Below are positions 30,693 to 42,017 of a stretch of 64,000 bases of DNA, in pieces. Source of the stretch: Candidatus Marinacidobacterales bacterium (lineage in GTDB: Bacteria > Acidobacteriota > Vicinamibacteria > Marinacidobacterales > DATDRI01); NCBI GenBank assembly GCA_965219415.1, contig OZ244742.1:192001-256000 (forward strand), given 5' to 3'. The first letter of the stretch is position 1, and each line of letters begins with the position of its first letter. The notes beneath the pieces were generated by a model. That model was not told the origin of the DNA and did no database searches. It was given only the letters and a program-made list of their open reading frames with translations. Made by a program: the position numbers and the translations under genes.

Positions 30693-32080
30693 GTGCCCGG
30701 CTCGGTCGCCTCGGGTGCGGCGACGTTAGTTCTTGCTCGCATCGTCCCGCCTCTCGCTTCTTTCGGCGTCTTCTACCTGGCGGTTCTGCATTGGGGACCC
30801 GACGGCTGGGGCCTCTTTCACTTACTGCTTTCGGTCCACGCCGTTTTGCAGATGGTGGCCGGGCTGGGTGTCGACCTCATGGTCCTAGAGAAGGGCTCCT
30901 CGAAGCCGCAGGAGCTTCCCGTGTTGCTCCACGCCGCGTCCGGACTCCTCTTTCGAGGCGGCCTGTTCCTCGGCGCGGCCATGGTCGCGGTCGCGTGGTC
31001 CTTGTCGGCTGACAGCGAAGCCCGTGTCGCGGCGGTGTGGTTTGCGGCCGCGCTACCTGCGTCGAGCCTTTCCCCTACGCTCGAGGCGACATGGATCTCG
31101 CTCGGCCGTACCCGCCGTGTCGGCGACGTCGCCCTGTGCGAACACGGCCTTCGTGTGCTGGGAAGTTTCATCGCGCTGTCGATGGGAGGTGGCCCCGCAG
31201 CTTTGGCCCTTGTTTTGTTTGGTTCGAAGTGGATCGGAACTGCCTCGCTTCTCCTACCCCTGCGGAAGATCGAAGGTCCGCCCGAACCGATCGCGTTTGC
31301 CACCTTAGTAAGACAAGCTTCTCCCTTCGCCTGTTCTTTGTCGTCAACGCTCTTCTCGGACGCATCGACAGCTTGTCGGTGGCGATGTTCCGACCGCTCG
31401 AAGACGTCGGCTACTATGGGACCGCGATCCGCTTGGCTCTCTTGCCCACCATCGCCTCCCAAGCGTTCGGAATGGCTCTCTACCCCCACTTGGCGAGGGC
31501 ACGGTCGGCGCCGGAAAGGTTTCAACGACTCCTCGGGGTAGGACTTCTGACCTTATCTGTGCCGTCCTTCGTACCCGCGGCTCTCCTTTTCACTTTCGCC
31601 GAGCCACTCCTGCGATCGTTGAGAATGGAGCACTATCTTCCGGCTGCTCCCATCCTCGCGCTGCTCGCCTTAGCACTTCCCGCTTGGTTCTCCACAGAAA
31701 TACTTTTTCGGGCTCTCGTCGCGAAAGGGCGGCTCAGCGATTGTTTGCGCGCCGCAGTGCTCCAAGTGAGTCTCGGCGTCGCCGCCTTGACGTGGGCGAC
31801 CAAAATGTATGGGGTCGAGGGGGCGGCGGCCGCGGCGGTGAGCGTCGCTTGGCTCGGGACCGCCGTCTATTCGTTCTTCTTGCTCCAAGAGAGCTCGATT
31901 TCATTACGGAGTTGGTTGCGAGTCCTGCTAATTGGCGCGACGTTTGTCGGCGCCACTCGCACGCTGGCCCCGATGTACTCCGGTTATGCCTTGACCCTCA
32001 TCGGGATGTACACCGTGGCCGCCCTGGCCCTCGGCGCCGTCCGCCGAGGTGACCTCTCGGTTTTACTCGATGTAGACTAG
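30693..32080 (+). pseudogene. Wzx-like polysaccharide flippase, frameshifted near 31330
   Basis: Multi-TM N-half in ORF 30693..31541; C-half (GRIDSLSV..VGYYGTAIRL..ALYPHL) in ORF 31037..32080. Confidence 0.7.
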
Positions 32081-32104
32081 AAGAGCTTTTCACAGGAGGC
32101 CTCG

Positions 32105-33778
32105 ATGCCCCGACTTTATCTCTTTCTTATCCTTTTTAGCTTGTCGTGTTCTTCGGCCCCGACGGAGAGATTCGACCTCATTATCCGCAACGGCATGATC
32201 TACGACGGTAGCGGCTCCGCTTCCTACCGGGGAGACGTCGCGATCCACGGAGATCGGATTGCCGCCATCGGTGATTTGAGTCGGGCTCGGGGAGATACGG
32301 AAGTCGACGCCGAGGGTCTCGCAGTGGCCCCAGGGTTTATCAATATGTTGAGTTGGGCGGTGGGGAGCCTAATCGAAGACGGTCGCTCGCAAGGCGATAT
32401 CCGACAAGGAGTGACCCTCGAGGTTTTCGGTGAAGGCATCTCCTACGGCCCGGTCAACGAACGCGTCGAGGAGGCCCTTCTGCAATCCCAAGTCGACGTC
32501 AGGTTCGACATCGAGTGGACGACGCTCGGAGAATATCTCGACTATCTCGTTCGCCGAGGCATCTCCCCTAACGTGGCCTCGTTCGTGGGTGCCACCACCC
32601 TCCGCATTCACGAGATTGGATTCGAGGACCGTCCTCCGACTCCTCAAGAAATGGCTCGCATGCAGCAACTCGTGCGGCAGGCGATGGAGGAGGGTGCACT
32701 CGGAGTCGGCTCCTCTTTGATATACGCACCCGCCTTCTACGCCCAAACTGACGAGTTGATCGAGCTCTGCAAGGCCGCCTCCCCGTATGGCGGAATGTAC
32801 ATCTCACACATGCGAAGTGAGGGTAGAAGGTTTCTCGATGCGGTAGACGAGCTGATTACCATCGCGCGGGACGCCAACCTCCCGGCCGAGATCTACCATT
32901 TAAAAGCTGGGGGCGAGCCCAACTGGCCCTTGCTCGAGCAGGCCATCGCGAAGGTGGAAGCCGCTCGGGCGGAAGGCTTGCGCATTACCGCCGACATGTA
33001 CACCTACACTGCCGGATCCACCGGGCTTAACGCCACGATGCCGCCTTGGGTGCAAGAAGGTGGGTACGAGGCTTGGGTCGGGCGCCTCAAGGATCCTGCG
33101 ACCCGGGCGCGCGTCCGCAAAGAAATGACCACTCCGACCGACGAATGGGAAAACTTCAACCTAGCCGCCGGCCCAGAGGGCACACTCCTTGTGGGATTCA
33201 AGAATGACGAACTGAAACCCCTCACCGGGAAGACGCTAGCCGAAGTCGCGAAGATGCGCGGCACCAGTCCCGAAGACACCGCAATGGACTTGGTCATCGA
33301 AGACGGAAGCCGCGTGCAAGCGGTCTACTTCTTGATGTCCGAAGATAACGTCCGAAAACAAATCGCGTTACCTTGGGTTAGCTTCGGCTCGGACGCGGGC
33401 TCGATGGCCACCGAAGGCGTGTTCTTGAAATCCAGCACCCACCCGCGGGCCTACGGGAACTTCGCGCGGCTTCTCGGGAAGTACGTGCGGGACGAAGAGA
33501 TCATTTCACTCGAAGAGACCATCCGGCGTCTGACGACCTTGCCCGCCGAGAATCTCCGGATCAAGGACCGGGGCTCCCTCCAACCGGGGTATCTCGCAGA
33601 CGTCGTTGTCTTCGATCCCGAGGACGTACAGGATCACGCCACGTACGAGAATCCCCATCAGTACTCGACCGGCGTAGTCCACGTTTGGGTCAACGGGACT
33701 CAGGTGCTCGAAGACGGCGAACATACGGGTGCAACGCCCGGTCGTGTCGTCCGCGGCCCCGGCTGGAAGAAGACTTAA
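32105..33778 (+). CDS. N-acyl-D-amino-acid deacylase (lipoprotein)
   Basis: Lipobox LSC, VAPGFINMLSWA, QGVTLEV, SHMRSEG, HPRAYGNF. Confidence 0.9.
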   Translation: MPRLYLFLILFSLSCSSAPTERFDLIIRNGMIYDGSGSASYRGDVAIHGDRIAAIGDLSRARGDTEVDAEGLAVAPGFINMLSWAVGSLIEDGRSQGDIRQGVTLEVFGEGISYGPVNERVEEALLQSQVDVRFDIEWTTLGEYLDYLVRRGISPNVASFVGATTLRIHEIGFEDRPPTPQEMARMQQLVRQAMEEGALGVGSSLIYAPAFYAQTDELIELCKAASPYGGMYISHMRSEGRRFLDAVDELITIARDANLPAEIYHLKAGGEPNWPLLEQAIAKVEAARAEGLRITADMYTYTAGSTGLNATMPPWVQEGGYEAWVGRLKDPATRARVRKEMTTPTDEWENFNLAAGPEGTLLVGFKNDELKPLTGKTLAEVAKMRGTSPEDTAMDLVIEDGSRVQAVYFLMSEDNVRKQIALPWVSFGSDAGSMATEGVFLKSSTHPRAYGNFARLLGKYVRDEEIISLEETIRRLTTLPAENLRIKDRGSLQPGYLADVVVFDPEDVQDHATYENPHQYSTGVVHVWVNGTQVLEDGEHTGATPGRVVRGPGWKKT

Positions 33779-33793
33779 GCTCGTGCCCAAAAA

Positions 33794-33836
33794 TGGATCC
33801 GACCCCTGTAAAAAAACAGTGCAGGGGTCGGATCCA
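33794..33836. terminator. 15-bp perfect inverted repeat (terminator or REP-like)
   Basis: tggatccgacccctg-N13-caggggtcggatcca just after the deacylase stop; no U-tract on the plus strand. Confidence 0.55.
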
Positions 33837-33880
33837 ATAATGTCGCACAGTGTGAAACCAGCGCGATTACGGAGGTTTGA

Positions 33881-35944
33881 ATGCGTCGCTCGATTCTCTC
33901 GCTAGCGGTTGTAGTTTCCTCGTTCGGTTTTGTTGGGAGTGCGATGGCGGAGACTCATCCGTTTTCCATCCACGACATGCTCGCCATGGAGCGGATCTCC
34001 GACCCGCAGGTCTCGCCGGACGGCAAGCGGATCGTTTTCGCGCTGCGCACCACGGACCTCGAAGCGAATCGAGGACGAACGGATCTTTGGCTGGTCGGTA
34101 TCGACGGAAGTGGCTTGAAGCGACTGACCACCCACCCTGCGAGCGATTTCAATGCGCGCTGGTCACCGGGCGGGCAGAGCATTTGGTTTCTCTCGACCCG
34201 CTCCGGCTCGTCGCAGGTTTGGCACATTCGAGCCAACGGCGGAGAATCTCAGCAGGCATCCGATCTCCCTCTCGACGTGAGCAACCTCGTCGTTTCTCCA
34301 GACGGCTCGCGACTCGCCTTTACGATGAAGGTCTTCCCCGACTGTCCCGATCTCGCTTGTACGACCGAAAGACTCGAGGAACGCGCCAGCAGCAACGTCG
34401 GCGGGCGCATCTACGACAGTCTTTTCATCCGACATTGGGATACCTGGAAGGATGGCCGTCGGGCGCATTTGTTCGTTATGCCCGCGGACGGTGGCGAGCC
34501 GGTGGATACGACGTCCGGCATCGACGCCGACACGCCTTCGAAGCCGTTCGGTGGTCCAGAGGAAATTGCATTCACTCCCGACAGCCAGTCGTTGGTTTTT
34601 ACAGCCCGCGATGTCGGCCGCGAAGAAGCGTGGTCCACGAACTTCGATCTGTACGAAGTGTCGATCGACGATTCGTCGGCTCGGCGTAATCTGACCGAAT
34701 CGAACCGAGCGTGGGACACCCAACCGGCGTTTTCTCCGGACGGAAAGACGCTCGCCTACCTCGCCATGTCCAAGGTGGGCTACGAGGCGGATCGGTTTCG
34801 CATCATCCTTCGCTCCTGGCCGGGGGGTGAGACGAGAAACCTCGCCGAAGATTGGGACCGTTCCCCCAGAGAGTTCACTTGGTCCTCGGACGGCCGTACG
34901 ATTTACACCACCGCGGCGAATTTAGGTCAGGTGTCTCTCTTTGCGATCGATGTCATGACGGGCGAAGCGCGGACCGTCGTCAAGGACGGGACCATCCGCT
35001 CTCCCACTATGGCCGGTAACCGCATCGTGTACGGCCGTGATCACCTACGCTCTCCCGTGGAGCTCTACTCGGTGGGCCCCGGTGGCGCCGACGTTTTCGA
35101 GATCACGCGCCTAAACCACGAACGGGTTGCGGCAGCTCGTATGGGAGAGGCGGAGCAGTTCACGTTTCAGGGTTGGAACGACGAGACCGTGTACGCCTAC
35201 GTCGTCAAGCCCGCGGACTTCGACGCGACGAAAAAGTATCCCGTTGCGTTCCTAATCCACGGCGGTCCCCAAGGTTCGTTCGGCAACGATTTCCACTATC
35301 GATGGAATCCTCAAGCGTATGCGGGCGCCGGATACGCGGCGGTGATGGTCGACTTCCACGGTTCGGTTGGCTATGGCTAGGCTTTCACCGACTCTATCCG
35401 AGGGGACTGGGGAGGCAAGCCGTTGATGGATCTCGTTAAAGGACTCGCTGCAGCGGTCGAGCGCTACCCTTGGTTGGACGGCGAGCGGGTTGCGGGGCTC
35501 GGAGGTTCTTTCGGCGGCTACATGGTGAATTGGATCGCCGGCAGGTGGCCCACCCGGTTTCGGTGTCTGGTCAATCACGACGGCAACATCGACGAACGGA
35601 TGGCCTACCTCGCCACCGAGGAGCTCTGGTTCCCCGAATGGGAGCACCTCGGAACGCCCTGGGACAATCCAGACGGTTACCGCAACCACAATCCGATCAA
35701 CTTCATTCAGAACTGGCGCACGCCCATGTTGGTAATCCACGGCGCGGATGACTTTCGAGTCGTCGAAACCCAAGGAATCGCAACCTTCACCGCGCTCCAA
35801 CGAAGAAACGTACCCAGCAAGCTCCTCTACTTCCCCGACGAGAATCACTGGATACTGAAGCCCGCGAATTCCATTCTCTGGTACGACACCGTCCTCGGTT
35901 GGCTCAATCAATGGCTCCGAAACGGCCACTCCTTTGGTCATTGA
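33881..35944 (+). pseudogene. S9 family (dipeptidyl-peptidase 5-like) peptidase with internal TAG
   Basis: Beta-propeller repeats, IHGGPQG, GYG-TAG-AFTDSI (35378-35380), then in-frame GGSFGG, DFRV, ENHW. Confidence 0.88.
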
Positions 35945-35948
35945 CACG

Positions 35949-37241
35949 ATGTCCTCCGCGGCTCCGCTCCCCGCGAGCGAGCTCATCCGAGCCGTCTCGG
36001 ATATTCGTGCCTGCACGCTCGACCTGGTCTCGGACCTGAGCGATGAGGAGTTGCTGGGGCCTCGCCTCGCCATCGTCAACCCGCCGCTTTGGGAAATGGG
36101 TCACGTGGGCTGGTTTCAGGAAAGATGGGTCCTTCGTCACTGGAGTCAACAGAAGCCTTTTCTCAAGAACGGCGACACCCTTTACGACTCCGCCGCCGTC
36201 GATCACGACGTTCGCTGGGATCTCAGGCTGCCCGGGCGCCAAGCGACTCTTGACTACCTCGAGCAGATCCGAGAGCGTGTGACGGAGAGGCTGAAGGATG
36301 AACCCGGGCCGGAGGGTACCTATTTCGTCCTCTTGAGTGTCCTTCATGAGTGCATGCACGCCGAGGCATTCACCTACACTCGGCAAACACACTCTTATTG
36401 TTACCCGCCGTTTCGCGAGCCCTCCGAGCCCGGCCCCACCGACGCTCCCGAGAGCATTCTTGGTGACGCCCACATTCCCGGCGGTAGTTTCGAGCTGGGG
36501 GCGAGTCGCGACCTGCCCTTCGTCTTCGACAACGAAAAGTGGGCACATCAGGTCGAGGTCAAGCGCTTCTCGATGGCCAAAACACCCGTCACGCAGGGAG
36601 AGTTCACCGCTTTCGTTGAAGACGATGGATACCGGCGGCGAGACCTTTGGAGCTCAGAAGGGTGGGCCTGGAAAGAAGGGGCCGGTGCCAAACATCCGGT
36701 CTACTGGAGGAATGCAGGTGCGGGCACTTGGCTGCGACGTCATTTCGACGAATGGGTTTCCCTCGAGCCACGCCTACCGGTCACACACGTCAACTGGTTC
36801 GAGGCCGATGCTTTCTGTCGATGGGCAGGCCGCCGACTACCCACCGAAATGGAATGGGAGTTTGCAGCCTCTCAGGGGTCGGACCGTGGCAAACGGAAAT
36901 ATCCCTGGGGCGATGAAGCCCCCACACCGGATCGAGCAAACCTGAACTGGGCGGCGCGGGGCTGCGTGACGGTCGACTCCCTGCCGGCGGGAGACAGCGC
37001 GTTCGGCTGTCGGCAAATGGTCGGCAACATCTGGGAGTGGACGAGCACCGATTTCACAGCGTATCCAGAGTTCACCCCAGATCCTTACAAGGAGTATTCC
37101 CAGCCGTGGTTTCATGATCACAAAGTGCTACGGGGTGGTTGCTGGACCACGCGGTCTCTTCTAATTCGAAACACCTGGAGAAACTTCTACCAGCCCCATC
37201 GCCGGGACGTCTTTGGAGGCTTCCGCACCTGCGCTATGTGA
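35949..37241 (+). CDS. senA: Selenoneine synthase (EgtB-like non-heme iron enzyme)
   Basis: GPRLAIVNPPLWEMGHVGWFQE, HECMHAE, FVFDNE, FGE-sulfatase domain (RLPTEMEWE, GNIWEW, RGGCW); adjacent to senB. Confidence 0.85.
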   Translation: MSSAAPLPASELIRAVSDIRACTLDLVSDLSDEELLGPRLAIVNPPLWEMGHVGWFQERWVLRHWSQQKPFLKNGDTLYDSAAVDHDVRWDLRLPGRQATLDYLEQIRERVTERLKDEPGPEGTYFVLLSVLHECMHAEAFTYTRQTHSYCYPPFREPSEPGPTDAPESILGDAHIPGGSFELGASRDLPFVFDNEKWAHQVEVKRFSMAKTPVTQGEFTAFVEDDGYRRRDLWSSEGWAWKEGAGAKHPVYWRNAGAGTWLRRHFDEWVSLEPRLPVTHVNWFEADAFCRWAGRRLPTEMEWEFAASQGSDRGKRKYPWGDEAPTPDRANLNWAARGCVTVDSLPAGDSAFGCRQMVGNIWEWTSTDFTAYPEFTPDPYKEYSQPWFHDHKVLRGGCWTTRSLLIRNTWRNFYQPHRRDVFGGFRTCAM

Positions 37242-37251
37242 GCGCCTCCGT

Positions 37252-38199
37252 ATGGAAGTCGCCCTCGTCACTCCCGCTTCGCCGGATGCCCTCCTCGGAA
37301 ACGCGGTCACCGCCACTCGCTGGGCGGAGCTCCTCGTCGAGTTAGGGCATTCGGTCGAGATCACGACGACGTACGGAGGAACCACCCAGGACCTTCTGAT
37401 CGCAATTCACGCCCGCCGTAGCGCACCAGCCATCGTGAGATTTCGAGAGCACTACCCAGATAAACCAATCATCGTCGGACTAGCCGGAACGGACGTCTAC
37501 CGCGACATCAAAGACTCCAACGCCGCACAACAGTCCCTCGAGATCGCCGACCGTCTGGTGGTGCTTCAGCCCAAAGCCGTGGAGGAGCTTCCGTCACGCC
37601 TGCACGGCAAGATCCGAGTGATTTTTCAATCCGCAGCGGCGCCGCTTCAGGCCCACCCGAAGCCAAAGGACGTCTTTCAGATCTGTGTCCTCGCGCACCT
37701 ACGCGAGGTGAAGGACCCACTGCGCACGGCATACGCCGCGCGCCTTCTTCCCGCCACGTCCCGCATCCGAGTCCTTCACGCCGGCCAGGCCCTGAGCGAC
37801 GTCGCGGCGCAAGAGGCGCGAGAAGAAGATAAACAAAACGTGCGCTATCGCTGGCTCGAAGGGCTACCCCGCCAAGAGTCAGAGACGCTTCTCAGCGGAA
37901 GCCACCTCTTTGTCATCTCTTCCCTGCTGGAAGGCGGCGCCAATGTAGTCTCCGAGTCCATCGCCGCCTCGGTTCCGATCCTCGCCAGCCGAATCTCGGG
38001 CAATGTCGGCATTCTTGGGGACGACTATCCAGGCTATTTTGAAGCGGGAAACACCGAGGGGCTCGCGACGCTACTCGGGCGAGCCGAGATCGACGACTTG
38101 TTCCTTCAAGCGATTCATCGTGCCGGTCAACGGCTGATGCACTTAGTCGACCGGACACGGGAAAGAAAAGCCTGGCAGGAATTACTGGCAGAGGTGTAA
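37252..38199 (+). CDS. senB: Selenosugar synthase (TIGR04348-type glycosyltransferase)
   Basis: GNAVTATRW, IAIHARRS, AGTDVY, VVLQP, HLREVKDP, EGGANV, GILGDDYPGYF. Confidence 0.87.
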   Translation: MEVALVTPASPDALLGNAVTATRWAELLVELGHSVEITTTYGGTTQDLLIAIHARRSAPAIVRFREHYPDKPIIVGLAGTDVYRDIKDSNAAQQSLEIADRLVVLQPKAVEELPSRLHGKIRVIFQSAAAPLQAHPKPKDVFQICVLAHLREVKDPLRTAYAARLLPATSRIRVLHAGQALSDVAAQEAREEDKQNVRYRWLEGLPRQESETLLSGSHLFVISSLLEGGANVVSESIAASVPILASRISGNVGILGDDYPGYFEAGNTEGLATLLGRAEIDDLFLQAIHRAGQRLMHLVDRTRERKAWQELLAEV

Positions 38200-38315
38200 G
38201 CCGCTTTCTTGCTTTTATCCCCTCTGTCTTGCTATATTTCACTACGATTTAGCGCCATCCGCTGCTGTTTGGACCCTTGGCCCTCAAAAGCTTGCCTCCG
38301 CGATAGCTCGATCCG

Positions 38316-39485
38316 ATGAAGATCGCCCTCGACGCCAGAAAGATCAACGATTTCGGCATCGGCACATACATCCGCAACCTGATCAAGCACCTGCCGAGCC
38401 TGGATCAGGAGACGGAGTATTTTCTCCTGTGCTACCCGCGGGACGAGGAGTTGGTCCGCTCTCTCAACCCTCACTTCACTCCCGTCCGGGTCAGTGCCCC
38501 CAACTACTCGGTCCGCGAGCACATCGGCATTCCAGCCACCTTGCGACGCCTGCGCGTCGATCTGTTCCACACGCCACACTACGTTCTGCCGCTTCTGACT
38601 CCGTGCCGATCGGTCGTGACGATCCACGACGTGATCCATTTGCTTTTCCCTCAGTATCTGCCGTCAAGTCTGGCCAGTCACTATGCACGTTACATGATTC
38701 GGCGAGCCCTCGAGAAGGCCGAGCTCGTGTTGACGGTCTCCGACTCGTCGAAAAGAGACCTGCTGACTTTTTTCGAGGTGCGCCCGGACAAGGTCGTGGT
38801 CATCCCCAATGGATTGGACAGCGCTATTACCGAAGGACTCTCCGTTGAAGAGCTCGCTCAGGTGAAGGAAAGGTTTCAGATCTTCGGGAGAACCGTCCTC
38901 TTTGTTGGCAACATCAAACCGCACAAGAACGTCGAGAGGTTGATCGCCGCGTTCGCCAAGGTCCGGGAAGATCCCGAGTACTCGGACCTGACACTCATCG
39001 TGGTAGGTGACGACATCTCCAAGTACCCCTCCCTCCGGCGGACGGTAGAAAAACATCAGGTTCGGCGTAACGTTCGTTTCTTCGGCTTCGTTCCCGAGCC
39101 GACCCTAGTGGCGCTGTATAAAATCGCCGACGTTTTCGCCTTTCCCTCTCTCTACGAAGGCTTCGGACTCCCTCCACTAGAAGCGATGGCGAACGGAACT
39201 CCAGTGGTCACATCGAACATTTCTTCGCTACCCGAGGTCGTTGGCAATGCAGCGCTCACCGTCGATCCTTACAACATCGATCAGATCGCAAAGGCAATCC
39301 ACGAGATACTTAGCGACCCTACGTTGCGCAACCGGCTCATCGCCGATGGCTACGAACGCGCGAAGCAATTTTCCTGGGAAGGCTCGGCGGCACAAGTCCA
39401 TCGAGCATACCGGAAAGCTTTGGGATTCAGCGGCACTCCGGCCGCAGAGGCACAGACCGCACATGCGGGTCGCTCTGATTCATGA
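38316..39485 (+). CDS. GT4 glycosyltransferase
   Basis: [29 protein letters not shown]. Confidence 0.92.
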   Translation: MKIALDARKINDFGIGTYIRNLIKHLPSLDQETEYFLLCYPRDEELVRSLNPHFTPVRVSAPNYSVREHIGIPATLRRLRVDLFHTPHYVLPLLTPCRSVVTIHDVIHLLFPQYLPSSLASHYARYMIRRALEKAELVLTVSDSSKRDLLTFFEVRPDKVVVIPNGLDSAITEGLSVEELAQVKERFQIFGRTVLFVGNIKPHKNVERLIAAFAKVREDPEYSDLTLIVVGDDISKYPSLRRTVEKHQVRRNVRFFGFVPEPTLVALYKIADVFAFPSLYEGFGLPPLEAMANGTPVVTSNISSLPEVVGNAALTVDPYNIDQIAKAIHEILSDPTLRNRLIADGYERAKQFSWEGSAAQVHRAYRKALGFSGTPAAEAQTAHAGRSDS

Positions 39486-40548
39486 TTGGCTCACCGGACT
39501 CCGGGGCGGCGAAAAGGTCCTGGAGGTTCTCTGCGAGCTCTATCCAGACGCCACGCTTTTTACGATGGTGCACATCCCCGACTCGACGAGCCCGATCATC
39601 GAGTCCCATCCGATACGCACCGCCTTCACCCAAAAACTTCCCGCGGTAAAGAGCATCTATCGCTGGTATTTGCCCGTCTATCCCTGGGCGGTCGAGTCGC
39701 TCGACCTGTCGGGGTACGACCTCGTCCTCTCGAGCAGTCACTGCGTAGCCAAAGGCGTCGTGACGCCTCCGGATTCAACGCACATCTGCTACTGCCACAC
39801 ACCGATGCGTTACGTGTGGGATCGCTTCGGAGACTATTTCGGTGACGGCCTGAAAGCGCGCCTGGTCTATGGCCCAATCGCCCACTACCTCCGGAAATGG
39901 GACGTCGCATCTGCGGCGCGCGTACACCACTTCGTCGCCAACTCGAAGCACGTGGCGGGGCGCATCCAGAAGTACTACCGTCGAGAGGCGGAGGTCATTT
40001 ACCCGCCGGTCGACACGGAGGTCTACGTCCCGACCGAAGGTGCTCCCGAAGACTATTACCTGATCGTTTCGGCCCTGGTCCCCTACAAACGACTCGAGCT
40101 AGCCATCGACGCGTTCAACAAGAGGAGCGAGCCCCTCCTCATCGTCGGGACCGGACCACAGGAGAGGAAGCTCAAAGCACGAGCCGGCAGCAACATTCGC
40201 TTTCTGGGCGGCCGGTCCCAGCAGGAACTCCTCCCTCTCTACCAGCGGTGTCAGGCGGCGTTGTTGCCGGGGGTAGAGGATTTCGGCATCGTTCCGGTGG
40301 AAGCGCAAGCCTGCGGGCGCCCAGTGGTTGCCCTCGCAGAAGGTGGAGCACTCGAGTCGGTACGGGACGGGGAGACCGGGGTCTTCTTCTCCGAATCTTC
40401 GCCCGAGGCTCTATCCGACGCTATTGACAGGGTTTCTTCGCTGCGCTTTAATAGAATGGCTGTCAGGACTTGGGCGCTCGGCTTTTCTCGCCAGCGCTTC
40501 AAAGACCGCATCAAGGCATACATCGACCATAAGCTGACCCGGTCCTGA
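39463..40548 (+). CDS. GT4 glycosyltransferase (WbaZ-like)
   Basis: [44 protein letters not shown]. Confidence 0.92.
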   Translation: MRVALIHDWLTGLRGGEKVLEVLCELYPDATLFTMVHIPDSTSPIIESHPIRTAFTQKLPAVKSIYRWYLPVYPWAVESLDLSGYDLVLSSSHCVAKGVVTPPDSTHICYCHTPMRYVWDRFGDYFGDGLKARLVYGPIAHYLRKWDVASAARVHHFVANSKHVAGRIQKYYRREAEVIYPPVDTEVYVPTEGAPEDYYLIVSALVPYKRLELAIDAFNKRSEPLLIVGTGPQERKLKARAGSNIRFLGGRSQQELLPLYQRCQAALLPGVEDFGIVPVEAQACGRPVVALAEGGALESVRDGETGVFFSESSPEALSDAIDRVSSLRFNRMAVRTWALGFSRQRFKDRIKAYIDHKLTRS

Positions 40549-40570
40549 CAAGTTTGATGACCAATTAGAG

Positions 40571-42010
40571 ATGGTCAAACACCAGAGCCGATTCCAAACC
40601 GTCCTCTACGTTCTCGGCGACCTTATTGCTACCTATGTCGCTTTCTTCATCGCGTACTTCGTTCGTTTCAATTTCGAGATCGTTCAGGTCACGAAGGGAG
40701 TCAACCCCCTAAGTCAGTACACCCTCCTACTACCGCTCATCACCCTACTGTGGCCGCTCCTCTTCTATTTCCATGGTTTGTACAATCTTAGGCGACTGCG
40801 CTCCCGGATCGACGAGCTCTTTTCTATCGTGTGGGCGGTCGCCATGGGTACCGCCGCGACTTTGTTCGTGGCCTTGTATCTGCGCGTCTACTACTTCTAC
40901 GGGCCGCCGGAGATCTCCGGCCGCTATGAGTTTTCACAGCTGGTCCTTGGACTCTTCGTCGCTTTCGACATCGTCTTGCTCACGCTAACGCGCTCGCTGA
41001 TCCGTAAACACCGCGAGGCACGCTGGCGCCTGGGTGAGGGCCTTCGCAACATCCTGATCGCTGGCGCAGGAGAGCTAGGCCGGTCGGTGGCCGACAAGTT
41101 CATCGATCATCAAGAGCTTGGCTTTCGCGTGCTGGGGTTTGTTGATGATCACTTTCGTGGGGAGTTCGCTGGTCATCGAGGCCTCCCGATCGTAGGAACC
41201 ATCGATGACGTGGAGCAGGTCATCGGCGAGCGACAGGTTGACTCACTTTACATTGCTCTCCCCCTCGAAGAACACGAGAAGATCAGGAGCCTTATCGGAT
41301 TCGCTAGCCGGGAGGGGCTCGACGTCAAAGTGGCCTGGGACTACTTGACTCATGTGGCGCTGCGCGCAGGAGTCGAAGATCTCGATGGCATCCCGGTCAT
41401 TAGCCTCGCCGAAACGCCGATTCAAGGTTGGAACTGGGTTCAAAAAAGGTCCATCGACATTTGTATCTCCATGGTTCTGCTCGGCCTCGCTACGATACCC
41501 TTTGCGGTGATCGCGTTTCTGATCAAGCTCACGTCAAAGGGCCCGGTCTTCTACACCCAGGAGCGAATGGGACTCGACGGCAAGCCATTCACGATTTACA
41601 AATTCCGCTCCATGCACGAAGATGCGGAGAAGGAGACCGGTCCGGTCTGGGCCAACCCCGACGATCCGCGACGGACACCGCTCGGCAGTATCCTTCGGCG
41701 ACTCAGCATCGACGAGCTCCCGCAGCTCTACAATGTGCTTCGGGGTGATATGTCGTTGGTAGGACCTCGTCCAGAGCGGCCGCGATTCGTTTTAGAGTTC
41801 AAGGAGCGGGTTCCTCAGTACATGCTTCGTCACAAGGTCAAGTCGGGAATGACCGGTTGGGCCCAAGTGAATGGCTGGCGAGGCAACACGTCTATCGAGA
41901 AACGGATCGAGCACGATCTCTACTACATCGAGAACTGGACGCTTGGGCTGGACTTCAAAATTCTGTGGTTGACCTTCTGGAGGGTTTTCCTCCACCGGCA
42001 CGCCTACTGA
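40571..42010 (+). CDS. Undecaprenyl-phosphate glucose phosphotransferase (WcaJ-like)
   Basis: 4 TMs plus [32 protein letters not shown]. Confidence 0.93.
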   Translation: MVKHQSRFQTVLYVLGDLIATYVAFFIAYFVRFNFEIVQVTKGVNPLSQYTLLLPLITLLWPLLFYFHGLYNLRRLRSRIDELFSIVWAVAMGTAATLFVALYLRVYYFYGPPEISGRYEFSQLVLGLFVAFDIVLLTLTRSLIRKHREARWRLGEGLRNILIAGAGELGRSVADKFIDHQELGFRVLGFVDDHFRGEFAGHRGLPIVGTIDDVEQVIGERQVDSLYIALPLEEHEKIRSLIGFASREGLDVKVAWDYLTHVALRAGVEDLDGIPVISLAETPIQGWNWVQKRSIDICISMVLLGLATIPFAVIAFLIKLTSKGPVFYTQERMGLDGKPFTIYKFRSMHEDAEKETGPVWANPDDPRRTPLGSILRRLSIDELPQLYNVLRGDMSLVGPRPERPRFVLEFKERVPQYMLRHKVKSGMTGWAQVNGWRGNTSIEKRIEHDLYYIENWTLGLDFKILWLTFWRVFLHRHAY

Positions 42011-42017
42011 GATCCTC

